A stretch of 62,899 bases of DNA, counting the filler, from Choristocarpus tenellus KU-1152 (taxonomy: Eukaryota > Protista > Phaeophyceae), in the NCBI GenBank assembly GCA_964200185.2. It is 9 parts of 9 records of this genome, joined end to end, with 100 filler letters (N's around TTAATTAATTAA, not from the genome) between each part and the next. Parts side by side here need not be neighbours in the genome. Positions count along the whole stretch, not along the records: positions 54,970 to 62,899 come from CAXNAD020005378.1; 8 more parts are not named here. The stretch is one strand, 5' to 3'. The number at the start of each line of letters is the position of its first letter. The first letter of the stretch is position 1. Shown in pieces: positions 61,601 through 62,899 of this stretch. Under the pieces are notes generated by a model, which worked only from the letters and a program-made list of their open reading frames with translations, was not told where the DNA came from and did not search any database. The translations under genes and the position numbers were made by a program.

Positions 61601-62855
61601 GACACAGAAAAGTTTGAAAAGTTACTACTAATTTTTCTGAGAGGAAGAGCTACAACTAAGGAGGACCCTGGTGTTACAGTTGTTGCACAAGTATGACTGT
61701 CTTGATAGTAAAATACTTGAAGGGAAAATATCAGTTCCCTTGGTTCTTATTCATCTTGGCCTCAATGGAACAAAACTACATTTGTCTTCAGAAATATCTG
61801 CAAGGTGAAGAAGTTTCTCTTTATGGAAATTGATTGTACGGGTGGTACGACCAACCATATTTGTTGTCATACCCCCCTTCGTCTAATCATTACAATACAA
61901 CACCGAACGTACACACAGCTTTCATATGGAAGCTTCAATAGCACCTCGCAACCACATGCATCCTACTCTGCTGTTGACTATTCAAGGGTGAGAGTACTGG
62001 GCCTGTACGGCCATACGTCAATTCCCACAACTTGTAATTTTCTTGTTTGTTTTACCATAGGCCTCAGCATTCTTCTGGTATCGCCAGAGAGACTTGATAT
62101 TTCGACAAAAATCGATATTCGTTTAGCGTGGTAATCCCATTATAATCGCATTTCCTCTGTGACATGCCTCCAACTTAGGTCGAAGTGCCATGCTCGCATT
62201 TCAGAGAGATAGAAGTGATGGATTTAGGTGAATAAATGAACTTCTGGAGAAAGAAGAACAAGGAGTTGTACTCTTTTCCACTTCTACGTCACACATGTAA
62301 TATCAGTCAGTCTAGTGGGTGGGTAGGAGGTCTCGGCGCAAGTCTATAAATATTTACCCATGCCAACAAATCTCCCCTTGAAGATGTAACATGAAGTAAA
62401 TAGAACATACCCTCTTATCCCTGGTCTACTAGCGAAACGAAGTGAAAAAAAAGTCTCCCTCAAGTAACACGAGCGACCCAAGAGCCATTAGAAACCATTT
62501 GTGTGTCATGTGAGACGATCTATTTCTCTTCTTAATCTTTTCAACTATATTAGTCGGACGAACTTCCTGACATTTGCGCTCGGGTGGTTCCTGTTCGTCG
62601 GCCGTGACATGACCACCTTACTGCATTTAATGCTCCTGGTGACTTGAACATCTCTTAGAGGAAAGGAAGATATTTCAAGTCTACAACACAACTGGAGTAT
62701 GCTCTCTGCCTGTCTCAGGGATTTCTACACTTGCGATTTGCTCTCCACCCACATACATAGATAGGACGACACCAAGTACTCACCAGAGAATTTCTGAGTT
62801 CAGAGAAGTAGTTCTCAACGCCAAGGTAAGAACGTCACTTATCAGTCACAGACTT

Positions 62856-62899
62856 GGGTCAAAGTATCTTGGGGGGGGGTGTCGGCGTCCGTTTTTCAC
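62856..62899 (+). mobile_element. TIR family B terminus at the window end
   Basis: GGGTCAAAGTATCTT-G9-TGTCGGCGTCCGTTTTTC. Confidence 0.85.

Overview
Eukaryotic, intron-rich, repeat-dense DNA, most consistent with a stramenopile and probably a brown alga (inferred from RTE-LINE remnants, GT-AG gene structure and TTAGGG tracts). It is not one locus. Nine pieces are joined by artificial 100-bp linkers (N-run/TTAATTAATTAA/N-run), so adjacency across linkers is unreliable, and nearly all ORF-track entries are spurious. Manual splice reconstruction gives three partial host genes that the ORF track misses or fragments: (1) the C-terminal half of a chromate-ion-transporter (CHR) family gene (5 exons, minus, 15208-22122); (2) a 4-exon DUF2064/TIGR04282-like glycosyltransferase (minus, 46403-48140), a family linked in bacteria to arsenosugar biosynthesis loci and the most interesting item here; (3) the first three exons of HID1 (plus, 48589-49922), head-to-head with gene 2 across 448 bp. 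There is also a decayed multi-exon Ser/Thr kinase with a possible upstream Ulp1-like peptidase and an acidic tail (about 55.5-61.6 kb). The rest is mobile DNA: a CRE-type non-LTR RT, a full-length but dead DD39D mariner plus a second remnant, several related GRG-terminal MITE/TIR families with 4-bp TSDs (Sola2-like), and RTE, Helitron, KDZ-like and piggyBac-like fossils. No rRNA, tRNA or CRISPR array is supported. All family assignments come from motif recognition by eye, not from database searches.
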